From contig CBDUPA010000014.1 in NCBI GenBank assembly GCA_965368975.1, forward strand, positions 1 through 64,000: a stretch of DNA of 64,000 bases, in the 5' to 3' direction. Every line of letters begins with the position of its first letter. The stretch's first letter is position 1. The notes under the pieces are model-generated. The model worked only from the letters and a program-made list of their open reading frames with translations, made no database searches and was not told where the DNA came from. The translations under genes and the position numbers were made by a program. The stretch is from an uncultured bacterium (GTDB lineage Bacteria; Acidobacteriota; Thermoanaerobaculia; Multivoradales; JAHZIX01). This document shows, piece after piece, positions 55,301 through 64,000 of the stretch.

Positions 55301-55581
55301 CGCAGCGGCCCGGGCACCTGCTGATCAGTGCCGACAGTCACGCCGACACCGTCACCTACCACGTACTCGACAACGGCCGCGGCATCCGCGGCGACCTGCT
55401 GCCACACATCTTCCTGCCCTTCCGCCGCGGACACGGCGCGGAGATCGCCGGTGAGGGCATGGGCCTGGCCTTCGTGCAGGCGCTGGTCCGGCGTCACGGC
55501 GGCGAGGTCAGCTGCGAGTCCGTCGAGGGTGAGGGCACCGTCTTCCACGTCACCCTGCCCAAGGCCGTGGCCACCAGTTGA
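52372..55581 (+). CDS. Sensor histidine kinase, beta-propeller + Y_Y_Y + HisKA + HATPase, copy 1
   Basis: Repeated DG.LWIGT, YTNL..G.Y.FEV.A, TM, SHDLRSPL, DNG.G, GMGLA. Confidence 0.93.
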   Translation: MARRAWASSLAFVLVFLLGWIPPAAALDPAKELSQYSHTLWRSGTGLPQDTVRSIAQTPDGYLWIGTRAGLARFDGLRMEVFDSRNTPELANHNIYALEVMPDGSLWIGTNGGGLVHRSADGSTWSRISEAQGLPSGRITALEPDGEGGLWIGTYGGGVARRHADGQIETFDPEQGIAGTVIFTLATDARGRLWVGTYGDGASIWEDGSFHVYQGPLPATGVWEVMAARDGSLWIGTNNGLVHVVDDRTRVFTEADGLTHPRVISLLEDRDGNIWIGTYGGGLHRYAGGRIVAFRPEHAEARDAVWDILEDREGGLWAGTLGRGLHLYRDGAITTYGQESGLESEMVISVHEGPDGEFYAGTRDRGLFRHDGERFVRVAGIDEQAAVWDITSSRDGSLWTATHRGLRRRAPPSSSHRDRWRSFTTAEGLAYDIVFALLEDREGTMWIGTNDGLDRYRDGDPTDGDPFEHFSVEDGLPSNQIRVLHQGRDGTLWVGTTGGLARFENGAFTRSLRTADSPAPAPGSGPERELPSGNIWALHEATDGSLWIATHGTGLLRLREGAISVIDHRHGLPDNDLEWVLEDDEGALWLGSSIGIIKLPRDNVEAVADGRSASLRYVAFGRRDGLRSGECYGGAPSAMRARDGRLWFGTREGLATLDPARVESPPAPPVQIEHLLVDGRKLRPAPGLRLPHSRSLTVRFAALTLNAPEKVQCQIRLRNWDDTWHLIGDRREMRYTNLDHGTYTFEVMASDRNGNWTQDAERLSFTIEPRFYETNLFFLLCGLGALALGFGLQQFRVLHLRERERELERRVDERTEAVHQANRELRAFTHTVSHDLRSPLVNLRGFSEELGMACTTVSESLRRVLPMLPQEEALQLREAVESDMPESLEFISSAINRMDRLIEKLLELSRAGARELTPEHVDVEALVREILKSQDFQLQQKDARAEVLSLPPITADRIALEQIFGNLLANAVNYLSPQRPGHLLISADSHADTVTYHVLDNGRGIRGDLLPHIFLPFRRGHGAEIAGEGMGLAFVQALVRRHGGEVSCESVEGEGTVFHVTLPKAVATS

Positions 55582-55661
55582 GATACGACTACCACAGTTT
55601 TGGAGCTGGCAACCAGCTACTTGATCATGAGTTCCAGCGAGTGGTATGTTGTTGTTAGACC

Positions 55662-58600
55662 ATGCCCCGTGCTCCCGCCCCTGACCGCCGACGAACCACC
55701 CTTCGGATACCGGCTGGCCTTCATCTGCTGAACGGCGTGCGTCAAGTGAGCTGCGCGCTACTCGTGCTGCTTCTTGCTGGCCCGGCCGCGGCGCTCGATC
55801 CTGGCAAGACCCTGTACCAGTACAGTCACAGCCAGTGGCGAACCGAGGACGGCCTGCCGCAGGACACTGTACGCGCCATCGCCCAGACCCCGGAAGGCTA
55901 TCTGTGGATCGGCACCCGCGCCGGCCTGGCGCGCTTCGACGGCCTGCGCATGGAAGTCTTCGACAGCCGCAACACACCCGAGCTGGAGAACCAGAACATC
56001 CACTCGTTGTGGGCCAACAGCGATGGCGGGCTGTGGGTCGGCACCAACGGTGGTGGACTGGTCTACCGCGCCCCCGATGGCCGCTGGCAGCGCGCCGAGA
56101 TCAACGACCGGCTAGCCAGCGGCCGCATCATCACACTCGAGACCGATGGTGCCGGCGGGCTGTGGATCGGCACCTACGGCGGGGGACTGGCGCACCGGCA
56201 CGCCGACGGCCGGCTCGATCTCTTCGGTGCCGCCGAAGGTCTCAGCGGCAACGTCGTCACCGGTCTGGCCCTGGACGCACAGGGACGCTTGTGGGCGGGC
56301 ACCTATGGCGGCGGCCTCAGTATCCTGGAAGATGGCCGCTTCCGGCCCTACACTGGCCCGTTGCCCGATCCCGGCGTCTGGACCCTGCTACGACGGCGCG
56401 ACGGTAGCCTGTGGATTGGCACCAACAGCGGCCTGCTGCACATCGACGGTGAGCGCACACGCGTCCTGACCCGCGCCGATGGACTCGGTCACAACCGTGT
56501 GCTCTCGCTGCGCGAAGACCGCGACGACAACCTGTGGATCGGCACCTACGGCGGCGGTCTGCACCGTCTCACCGACGGTCACATCGAACGTTTCGGCCCC
56601 GAGCACCCCAACGCGCGCGACGCCATCTGGACCCTGCTCGAAGACCGCGAAGGCGGGCTGTGGATCGGCACACTCGGCCGCGGCCTCTACCACCTGCGCG
56701 ACGGCTCCGTCACCACCTTCGGACGCGAGGCGGGGCTGGAGTCCGAACTGCTGATCTCCGTCTTCGCCAGCGCCGATGGGCACCTCTACGCCGGCAGTCG
56801 CGACCGTGGCCTGTTCGTCCTCGCGGACCACGAGCCACCACGCCGCTTCACCCGCATCGAAGGCATCCGGAATACCGACGCCGTCTGGAGCCTCGAAGAG
56901 GGGAGCGACGGTAGCTTGTGGGTGGGCACGCACGCGGGCTTGCGCCGACGCACCCCGGACGGACGCTGGCGCACCTACACCACCGCCGATGGCCTGCCCG
57001 GCAACATCGTCATCCTGCTGCGTCGTACCCGCGACGGCAGTCTTTGGATCGGCACCAACGACGGGCTCGGTCACATGCACGAGACCGCCGATGGCGTGCG
57101 CTTCGAGACCTTCACCCGCGCCGACGGTCTGGCGGGCAACCAGATTCGCGCGCTCCACGAGAGTCGAGACGGCACCCTGTGGATCGGCACCCTCAACGGC
57201 CTCAGCGCCTACCGTGACGGTCAGTTCCAAGACGACAGCGCCTTCCGCGGCGCCGGCAACAACATCTGGGCACTGCACGAAGCCGACGACGGCGGTCTCT
57301 GGATCGCCGCCCACGGTACGGGTCTAGTGCGCCTGCATCGCGGCACGTTGACCGTCCTCGATCAGCGTCATGGCCTGCCCGATCCAGACCTCGAGTGGAT
57401 CCTCTCCGACAGCACCGGCGCCCTGTGGCTGGGCAGCGGCACCGGCATCTTCCGGCTAGGCTACGAGGACGCGCTGGCGGTGGTCGAGGGCAGGGCCTCG
57501 CACCTGCGCAGCGTTTCCTTCGGCCGGCGCGACGGCATGCGCAGCGGCGAGTGCGCCGGCGGCTCGCGGTCGGCCAGTCGCACCGTCGATGGCCGCCTGT
57601 GGTTCGCCACGCGCGAAGGTCTCTCCACCCTCGACCCGGCACGCATCGCAAGTCCACCAGCACCGCCGTTGCACATCGAGCACCTGGAAGTCGACGGTCG
57701 ACGGCTGCGGCCACGTCCGGGGTCGAACGACGCTCTGCACCTGCCCGCTGGCACCCGCTCGGTCACCCTGCGCTTCGCCACGCTCACCCTCGTGACGCCC
57801 GAAAAGGTGCAAGCCCGCCTGCGCCTGCGCAACTGGGATGAGACGTGGCACCACATCGGCGACCAGCGTGAAGTGCGCTACACCAACCTGGACTACGGCA
57901 GCTACACCTTCGAAGTCATGGCCAGCGACCGCAACGGCAACTGGAGCGACGTAACGGCCAAGCTCACCTTCACCATCGCACCCCACGTCTACGAGACGCG
58001 CGCCTTCTTCCTGCTCTGTGGCCTCGCGATTCTAGCCCTCGGCTTCGGCCTACAGCAGTTCCGCGTCCGCCAGCTGCGCCTGCGCGAACGCGAGTTGGCG
58101 CGCCGCGTCGAAGAACGCACCGCTGCCGTGCGCCAGGCGAACGAAGAACTACGCGCCTTCACCCACACCGTCTCGCACGACCTACGTTCCCCGCTGGTCA
58201 ACCTGCGCGGCTTCTCCGAGGAGCTCCGCTTCGCCAGTGACGAGATCCGGACGACGCTGCACGCAGTCCTGCCACAACTGGACGCCGACCAGGCTCGGCA
58301 ACTCCGCGAAGCCCTCGACGACATGCCCGAGTCGCTCACCTTCATCGGCTCCGCCATCGAGCGCATGGACCGGCTGATCAGCAAACTCTCGGAACTGTCG
58401 CGCGCCGGCGCCCGGCTGCTGACCCCGGAACCGCTCGATGTCGAGGCGCTCGTGCGCAAGCTGCTCGACAGCCAGGAATTCCAGTTGCAGCAGAAGCGCG
58501 TCGAAGTCGAGGTCGGCCCCCTCCCCGCCGTCACCGCCGACCGCGTCGCCGTCGAGCAGATCTTCGGCAACCTGCTGTCCAACGCCGTCAACTACCTCGA

Positions 58601-58883
58601 CCCGGACCGCCCTGGTCGCCTGTCGATCCGCGGCGACAGCGTCGACGACCACGTCGTCTACCACGTGGAGGACAACGGCGTCGGCATGCCTCCCGAGCTG
58701 CTACCCAAGATCTTTCTGCCCTTCCTGCGCGGTCAGGGCGACGACATCCCCGGCGAAGGCATGGGCCTGGCGTTCGTGCAAGCTCTCGTGCGCCGCCACG
58801 GCGGACAGATCCGCTGTGACTCCGTCGAGGGGGAGGGCTCAGTCTTCCACGTCACCCTGCCCCGAGTCACCGCCGCTACCTGA
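55662..58883 (+). CDS. Sensor histidine kinase, same architecture, copy 2
   Basis: Colinear paralog of copy 1; true start may lie slightly downstream. Confidence 0.92.
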   Translation: MPRAPAPDRRRTTLRIPAGLHLLNGVRQVSCALLVLLLAGPAAALDPGKTLYQYSHSQWRTEDGLPQDTVRAIAQTPEGYLWIGTRAGLARFDGLRMEVFDSRNTPELENQNIHSLWANSDGGLWVGTNGGGLVYRAPDGRWQRAEINDRLASGRIITLETDGAGGLWIGTYGGGLAHRHADGRLDLFGAAEGLSGNVVTGLALDAQGRLWAGTYGGGLSILEDGRFRPYTGPLPDPGVWTLLRRRDGSLWIGTNSGLLHIDGERTRVLTRADGLGHNRVLSLREDRDDNLWIGTYGGGLHRLTDGHIERFGPEHPNARDAIWTLLEDREGGLWIGTLGRGLYHLRDGSVTTFGREAGLESELLISVFASADGHLYAGSRDRGLFVLADHEPPRRFTRIEGIRNTDAVWSLEEGSDGSLWVGTHAGLRRRTPDGRWRTYTTADGLPGNIVILLRRTRDGSLWIGTNDGLGHMHETADGVRFETFTRADGLAGNQIRALHESRDGTLWIGTLNGLSAYRDGQFQDDSAFRGAGNNIWALHEADDGGLWIAAHGTGLVRLHRGTLTVLDQRHGLPDPDLEWILSDSTGALWLGSGTGIFRLGYEDALAVVEGRASHLRSVSFGRRDGMRSGECAGGSRSASRTVDGRLWFATREGLSTLDPARIASPPAPPLHIEHLEVDGRRLRPRPGSNDALHLPAGTRSVTLRFATLTLVTPEKVQARLRLRNWDETWHHIGDQREVRYTNLDYGSYTFEVMASDRNGNWSDVTAKLTFTIAPHVYETRAFFLLCGLAILALGFGLQQFRVRQLRLRERELARRVEERTAAVRQANEELRAFTHTVSHDLRSPLVNLRGFSEELRFASDEIRTTLHAVLPQLDADQARQLREALDDMPESLTFIGSAIERMDRLISKLSELSRAGARLLTPEPLDVEALVRKLLDSQEFQLQQKRVEVEVGPLPAVTADRVAVEQIFGNLLSNAVNYLDPDRPGRLSIRGDSVDDHVVYHVEDNGVGMPPELLPKIFLPFLRGQGDDIPGEGMGLAFVQALVRRHGGQIRCDSVEGEGSVFHVTLPRVTAAT

Positions 58884-59078
58884 CACGGTGTTCGGCGCGC
58901 GGGCCGCTCTGTCGAAGGCGCTTCAGGGTGCGCCAGGAGCCTGGTGCCGGAAACCTGAACTGCCGTCGGCGTCAAGGTGATCTCGGGAGCCGGTGCGCCG
59001 CTTTGGGCGAGGAGGAAGAGGGATAAGGAGGAAAGTGCTCATCTGGAGATGGTTGAGGCGTGAGAGTCGTCGAAGTGC

Positions 59079-60317
59079 TCAATCCGCAACACCCCTGCCG
59101 TGGACTACCGTGTCCGGTCGATATTTGTGCCAGGCAAACCATAGCGAGTAGGTCGAAATCAACTCACGCAGTTGCTCGCCTTCGAGCGGACCTGCTAAGG
59201 CCCGGCCACTGATGGCGTCCCACGTAGTGCCGGTTTGGGTGTCTTTGAGTCGATCGCCGTCCAACACTTCGAAAGAGAGCACCCGTTCCTGGACCCGACG
59301 ATCGTAGATCCGCCCCGTCGCGAGGTCCTCAGCCAGGAAGACGACAACGGGCGCTTGCTCCAGGTCGTCGTGCACGAGCCGGCCTGCTCCGGCAAGTCGC
59401 CGTACGAGGTAGGCGCGCGCCTCAACGTGACCCTCTACACCGAGTACCAGATCGGTGTTCTGCACCGGCCCGGGCTCGACAGTTGCTAAACCTGCAAGGG
59501 CATCACCCGTGAAGCGAGCGCTGTAGGGGGTCGAAGTCTTGATGTATACCGTTGTGTCCGGGTGCAGGTCACGCCAAGAGCCCCACGTAGTCATCGTGGA
59601 CGGCAGCTTCTCGAGGCGCTGGCCTTTCTTCTCTCCCGAGACCGCCTCGCCGAACAACTGATTCCATAGCGATTGGCTCTCAGCATCGTAGAGGATGAGC
59701 GTGCCATGATCGAGTCCAGAGACGCCGAAGTTCAGGGTGTTTCCTTCAATCGTGCGAGCGTAGACCACGCCGCTATGATCGATCGGTCACCAGGTGGAGG
59801 CGATCGGTTCGCCTGCCAGCGTGTCGTTGACGACCTCGTTCAGCGGCCCGTTCATGTAGTTCACCGGATACGCTCGAGCCTCGCCCCCGAGAACGATACC
59901 CATCACCAGATCCTCATCGCCCAGATCCGTGTCGTCGGCTGAAACGATCTCGGGATCTATGTTCAGCGGAAATCCACCTTCGCGGTGGCCGCTCGTTTCT
60001 GACAGGTCGCGAGGGCCCCCATAGGGCCGTGCCGCACTCTGTTCTTGGTGCGCCCAGAACTCGGCGCGCACGATCAGTCCGTCACGGTCCGCATCGAGGC
60101 TTTCACGCAACTCGTCTGCAAGACCGAGCTCATCAGCTGACACTCTTGCCTCCGCGTCGGCCTCGAACGCTTCGGCCAACACCGCCATACTGTCCCAGTA
60201 CCCCAAGGTGCGTGAACCAGCGCGGTGAGTGCACGCTGAACACAAGATTCCCAGGGTAGCTATTGCAATCATGAGTGTTCGGAACTGCACCAAGCAACGG
60301 CAGAATGTGAGTCGCAA
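59079..60317 (-). CDS. DUF3179 family selenoprotein (in-frame UGA 59787-59789)
   Basis: The two track ORFs are in the same frame, joined by TGG-TGA-CCG-ATC-GAT-CAT-AGC-GGC-GTG. ARAYP, EVVND, FGVSG, LYD...SLWNQ, W..W...HP.T, WFAW are DUF3179 motifs, and the UGA sits at the first Cys of the family CPLC motif. Confidence 0.85.
59754..59773 (-). promoter_or_regulatory. Bacterial SECIS-like hairpin
   Basis: 13 nt after the UGA: GCGGCGU-GGUCU-ACGC(U)CGC, G-containing apical loop resembling the GGUCU of the E. coli fdhF SECIS. Confidence 0.7.
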
Positions 60318-60461
60318 TTCATCCTCCGATAAGGAACAATCTGTTTAACATATTAAGAATACCTCGCTCGGGAGGATATCGTCAAATTGCTACAGAGGCC
60401 AGGTCGGCCCCGCCCTCCCCTCCCCGGTCACCAGATCTCGACATCTGGGACGTGGTACTGC

Positions 60462-61457
60462 TCAACCGTGGGCAAACAACCACACCATGTAGCCAACGTA
60501 GCCGAGCAGCAGCAGGGCTCCTTCCCAACGATGCAGCACCCTACGCCGCCCCATCAGGAGCAGGGGAACGAGAACAACGGCGAACAGGATCATCACCGAC
60601 AGGTCGGGCACCAGCTCGATCCAGGTGACTTCGATCGGCCGTACCAGGACCGTCAGGCCGAGGATCAGCAGGATGTTGAAGATGTTGGAGCCGATGACGT
60701 TGCCCAGGATGAGGTCGCCCTGGCGGCGCAGGGTGGCGACCAGGCAGCCCGCGAGTTCGGGCAGGCTGGTGCCAAGGGCCACCAGGCTGATGCCGATCAC
60801 GCGATCACTGACACCGAAGGTACGGGCGATGTCGACAGCACCGCGTACCAGGGCTTCGGCACCCAGCACGAGCAAAGCGATGCCAGCGACGACGCGCAGA
60901 ACGGAGGGCCAGCGCGAGGGCTTGGCGGACTCCGACGCGGTGACCGGGAAAGCCTCGGCATCGGCGGTCTCCGCTGCGACCAGTTCCTCGAACTGCTCCT
61001 CGACGACCCGTGAGTCGCCGTCGCGCAGGAGCACGACGAGGTAGACGGTCATCAGAGTGAGCAGCAGAAGGCTGTCGATCAGGGAGAAGCCGCCACCGTA
61101 GTAGGCCATCGGCGCGATCAGGAAGCTGATGACGATGAGGAAAGGGATCTCGCGATTGACGAAGCGGCTTTCAGCCACGAGGGGTGCGAGTACCGCCGAG
61201 ATGCCGAGGATGAGCCCGATGTTGGCGACGTTGGACCCCAGGACGTTGCCCAGTGCCAGCTGCGGCGCTCCTTCGAGGGTGGCCACCAGAGTGGCGGCGA
61301 TCTCGGGGCTGGAAGTACCGAAGGCCACGACGGTGAGACCAATCACCAGCGGCTTCATGCCCAAGAGCTGCGCCAAACGGGTGGCACCGTCGACCAGCAG
61401 CTCGCCACCGTAGTAGAGCAGAGCGATTCCTACGGCAAGGAAGACAAAGGGCAACAT
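60462..61457 (-). CDS. Ca2+/Na+ antiporter (YrbG/CaCA family)
   Basis: Two alpha repeats GTSSPE...GSNVAN and GTSLPE...GSNIFN. Confidence 0.92.
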   Translation of the reverse strand: MLPFVFLAVGIALLYYGGELLVDGATRLAQLLGMKPLVIGLTVVAFGTSSPEIAATLVATLEGAPQLALGNVLGSNVANIGLILGISAVLAPLVAESRFVNREIPFLIVISFLIAPMAYYGGGFSLIDSLLLLTLMTVYLVVLLRDGDSRVVEEQFEELVAAETADAEAFPVTASESAKPSRWPSVLRVVAGIALLVLGAEALVRGAVDIARTFGVSDRVIGISLVALGTSLPELAGCLVATLRRQGDLILGNVIGSNIFNILLILGLTVLVRPIEVTWIELVPDLSVMILFAVVLVPLLLMGRRRVLHRWEGALLLLGYVGYMVWLFAHG

Positions 61458-61478
61458 GAGCGGGTCGATGCAGAGCTT

Positions 61479-63020
61479 CTAGCGCGCCAACCGCAGCAAG
61501 ACGTTGTTCGGCTTGGCTGGATCGGGACCGATCTCCTGGACCTCGACGCCTCTGCCTTCCAGGTCGAAGACGATCCACAGCTCATTGCCGTCGGCCTTGC
61601 TGTGGTGTCCGGTGCGAATGCGCTGAACCTCGGTGGTACCGACCTGCAGCATGGGATCGCGGAAGGGCCAGTTGACCCCCAGGATCTTGACCAGGACACG
61701 GCCGTCGAGCGGGGTGACGCTGATGTTCTCGAGGTCGACAACACCGTCGCCCCAGAGGGTCACCAGGGTGCCGCCGCTGTCCGCCGCCTTGTGCGTGATC
61801 AGCCGCACCTTGGTGAGAGGAGACCCCGCGACCGGAACGGGCCCGGCAACGGAACCGCCGGACTGGACGGAAGCCGGTGTGGCAACGGTGCCCGCGGAAC
61901 CACCGTCGGGGCGGGTGACGGCAGCGCCCGAGGCGGGAGGCGAGGACTCGGCGCTGCCCGGGTCGATCGCAGCGCCGCCAGCCGCATCGCCACCGGCGTC
62001 TCTACGAGTGGGCGTCGGTACGTTGACGGGGTTGAGTGCTTCGGCTGTCGGAATATCATTGACCGAAGGCTGCTCTTGGTAGCCGGTCACCCAGTTGACC
62101 ATGCGCTCCAGGAAGAAGTGGGTGGCTCCTCCAACGATGCCGGCAAGCATCAGCAACAGGAACAGGGCCGGGCTAAAACGGATACCCAGGAACTCGCGCG
62201 AGGCCGGTGTGGCACTGCTTTGGCTGGTACTGCCTTGGCTGGTACTGGCCTGACTGGCATTGGCCTGGCTGGTACTGGCCTGGCTGGCACTGGCTTCTGC
62301 CGCGGCCTGAGCCGCCAGCCGGCTCGACGTGGCTTCCAGCTCGACGCGTTGCTGCTCAGCGGAGGCGATCAGGTCGTCCATGCGCGGGCCGGTGTCGGAG
62401 AGGGTTCCCGTGTCGGAGAGGGCGTCCGCCGAAGGCTCGGCACCCAGCGTGCCATCCAGACCACCGATGCCCCCGAGCAGGCTGGAGTCGAGTACGCCAG
62501 GGTCGTCGATCGGCGGGGCGTCGACAAACAGCTCGGTGGCATCCAGGGAACCACTGTCAGCGTCCAGGCGACCGGGTTGTCCACCTTGGGGCTGCAACAA
62601 GGAGGGAGCCACCTCGTCGGGTGTCGGCATGGCGAAGCGACCACTCTCGAGACGGAAGGGCTCACCGCCTTCACTGCGATTGCGGTCGATGATTTTCCGG
62701 ATCAGGTCGGCGCTGGGATCGACCAGATCCTTGAACTTCATACCCACGCCCGGTGTCAGCCCTTCGGCATTGCCAGCCGGCCGTACCCAGACGATCTCGG
62801 CGGTGCCGTGGATGAGCTTGAAGTCGTCCTTGAGCCGCACGCAAAAGTCGACCAGGCTGCCCACCGGCGGCGGCTCGGTCGTGCGCACGAACATGCCTTC
62901 GGCCGAGATGTTGGCCGCGTAATCGTTCAGGAACGCCTGGAAGTTCTCGCACTCGAGCGTGACTTCGCCCTGCAGGGGAACTCGCTCGTCAGCGCGCCGG
63001 TCCGATCCGTCGGAACTCAT
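61479..63020 (-). CDS. PilZ (TIGR02266-like) - low-complexity linker - TM - AMIN-like domain
   Basis: RRADERVP, NISAEGMF, IVWVR, GVGMKF; TM; C-terminal RIRTGHH...ELWIVFDL. Confidence 0.8.
   Translation of the reverse strand: MSSDGSDRRADERVPLQGEVTLECENFQAFLNDYAANISAEGMFVRTTEPPPVGSLVDFCVRLKDDFKLIHGTAEIVWVRPAGNAEGLTPGVGMKFKDLVDPSADLIRKIIDRNRSEGGEPFRLESGRFAMPTPDEVAPSLLQPQGGQPGRLDADSGSLDATELFVDAPPIDDPGVLDSSLLGGIGGLDGTLGAEPSADALSDTGTLSDTGPRMDDLIASAEQQRVELEATSSRLAAQAAAEASASQASTSQANASQASTSQGSTSQSSATPASREFLGIRFSPALFLLLMLAGIVGGATHFFLERMVNWVTGYQEQPSVNDIPTAEALNPVNVPTPTRRDAGGDAAGGAAIDPGSAESSPPASGAAVTRPDGGSAGTVATPASVQSGGSVAGPVPVAGSPLTKVRLITHKAADSGGTLVTLWGDGVVDLENISVTPLDGRVLVKILGVNWPFRDPMLQVGTTEVQRIRTGHHSKADGNELWIVFDLEGRGVEVQEIGPDPAKPNNVLLRLAR
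62221..62295. repeat. 15-bp tandem repeat x5 (ASTSQ)
   Basis: tggctggtactg(g/c)c(c/t)-like units. Confidence 0.85.
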
Positions 63021-63068
63021 CGTGCGGTCATCCCTTTCTTGGTGTCGATCGAGGTTCTGGCGGCCGCA

Positions 63069-64000
63069 TCAGCCACCAATCCAGATCACCAGCTCGCGCC
63101 CATTGGCCTCGATGCGGTCCAATCGTGCCGACGGCGAGACCAGGTCGATCACCAGGTGCAGTTCGTTGCCGTTCGTCTTTTCGTGGTAGCCGCTCCGGAT
63201 GCGGCGCACTTGCGGTGTCGCGACGTCAATGCTGGTGCGGTCGAAGGGAGCCCCAATGCCGACCAGACGTACCAGTTCGCGCGGCGGACTGTCGAGGTGG
63301 GTTTGCTGGACACGGGATCGTGGCAAGGGGACATCGGTGAAGACGGTGATGCGGGTCAGCTCACCGTCCTCTTGCCAGTTGATGCCCAGAACCTGCACCA
63401 CTGCCGAGCTGCTGGGCGTCGCGGACGGCGGCGTTACGGGCGGCGGTGTTACGGCTGGAGACGCCGGTTGTGTTCCGGACGGGTTCGCATCCGCGGTGCT
63501 GGTCCCCGCGCCTGGATTCGCGTCACTTGCCGCCGGGGAGGTACCTCCGGCCGGTGCTTCCGTGCCTGGCGACGCCTGTGCCGGATCTTGGCCCTGCGAC
63601 GTTGCGGGCGGCGGCTGCGTCGGCTGTGACGACTGCTGGTTCTGGGCTTGCTGCGGGGCCTCGCCGAGGAGGCCGAAGTCGGGCACCATGCCAACCTGCG
63701 CCATGTAGTAGTAGCCGGCCGCCACCACCACCAGCACCAGCGCGGCCAGCAGCAGTGGCTTGAAACTGCGCTCGGAGTCATCGTCACTGCTCACCGCCAC
63801 TGCCGATGTCTGGCGCGATGGCAACGAGGAACCACCGGCTGAAGGTGCGACCCGGAAGAGTTCGTCGAGGTCGACACCCGACGGCCTCTCTGCCGGTCCG
63901 TCGTTCTCGACGGTCGGGAACGAATCGGTGACGCTGCGCGGCGGCGGTGGGTGCGTGTCACCCAGCGGTTGCCCGGGTTCTAGCCAGTCCTCAGCGGCTT
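63069..64000 (-). CDS. TM - AMIN-like domain protein, 5' part outside window
   Basis: Frame is open to the window end; TM LLLAALVLVVVAAGYYYM; C-terminal RRIRSGYH...ELHLVIDL paralogous to the downstream gene. Confidence 0.8.
   Translation of the reverse strand, partial: AAEDWLEPGQPLGDTHPPPPRSVTDSFPTVENDGPAERPSGVDLDELFRVAPSAGGSSLPSRQTSAVAVSSDDDSERSFKPLLLAALVLVVVAAGYYYMAQVGMVPDFGLLGEAPQQAQNQQSSQPTQPPPATSQGQDPAQASPGTEAPAGGTSPAASDANPGAGTSTADANPSGTQPASPAVTPPPVTPPSATPSSSAVVQVLGINWQEDGELTRITVFTDVPLPRSRVQQTHLDSPPRELVRLVGIGAPFDRTSIDVATPQVRRIRSGYHEKTNGNELHLVIDLVSPSARLDRIEANGRELVIWIGG

Overview
High-GC bacterial DNA. The gene repertoire (Oar-type TonB receptor, CRTAC1/ASPIC-UnbV protein, PilZ-AMIN proteins, wHTH-TPR regulator, CxxxY-type CcmE) suggests Acidobacteriota, possibly Thermoanaerobaculia; this is inference only. 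1-20.3 kb (minus): 5' part of a lipopeptide NRPS operon. Order: FOXRED2-like flavoprotein, FAAL-ACP, C-A-T-Cy-A(Cys)-T-Ox-C, I-A(Asp)-T-E-C, SyrP/TauD-like beta-hydroxylase, then another interface-domain NRPS running off the edge. The predicted product is an acyl-X-thiazole-beta-OH-Asp peptide, cyanochelin-like. Divergent from it is a sigma54-preceded TonB-dependent receptor. 24-34.6 kb is a defence/decay island: several intact and broken TA modules, DUF429, a TIR-TM protein, a 5'-truncated orphan hsdR, and a caspase-TM-FGE/CLec gene whose 3' end looks like a DGR variable region followed by GGA-loop hairpins (no RT or template repeat in the window). Two secreted prepro-Cys-rich peptide genes occur, one divergent from a membrane-anchored wHTH-TM-TPR regulator with ~11-bp-periodic boxes between them (candidate peptide signalling module). 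The remainder holds PLP enzymes, antiporters, ccmDEF, two tandem propeller histidine kinases, a DUF3179 gene split by an in-frame UGA followed by a SECIS-like hairpin (selenoprotein), and PilZ/AMIN proteins. No rRNA, tRNA, CRISPR array or transposase was recognised. All assignments come from motif recognition by eye; no searches were run.
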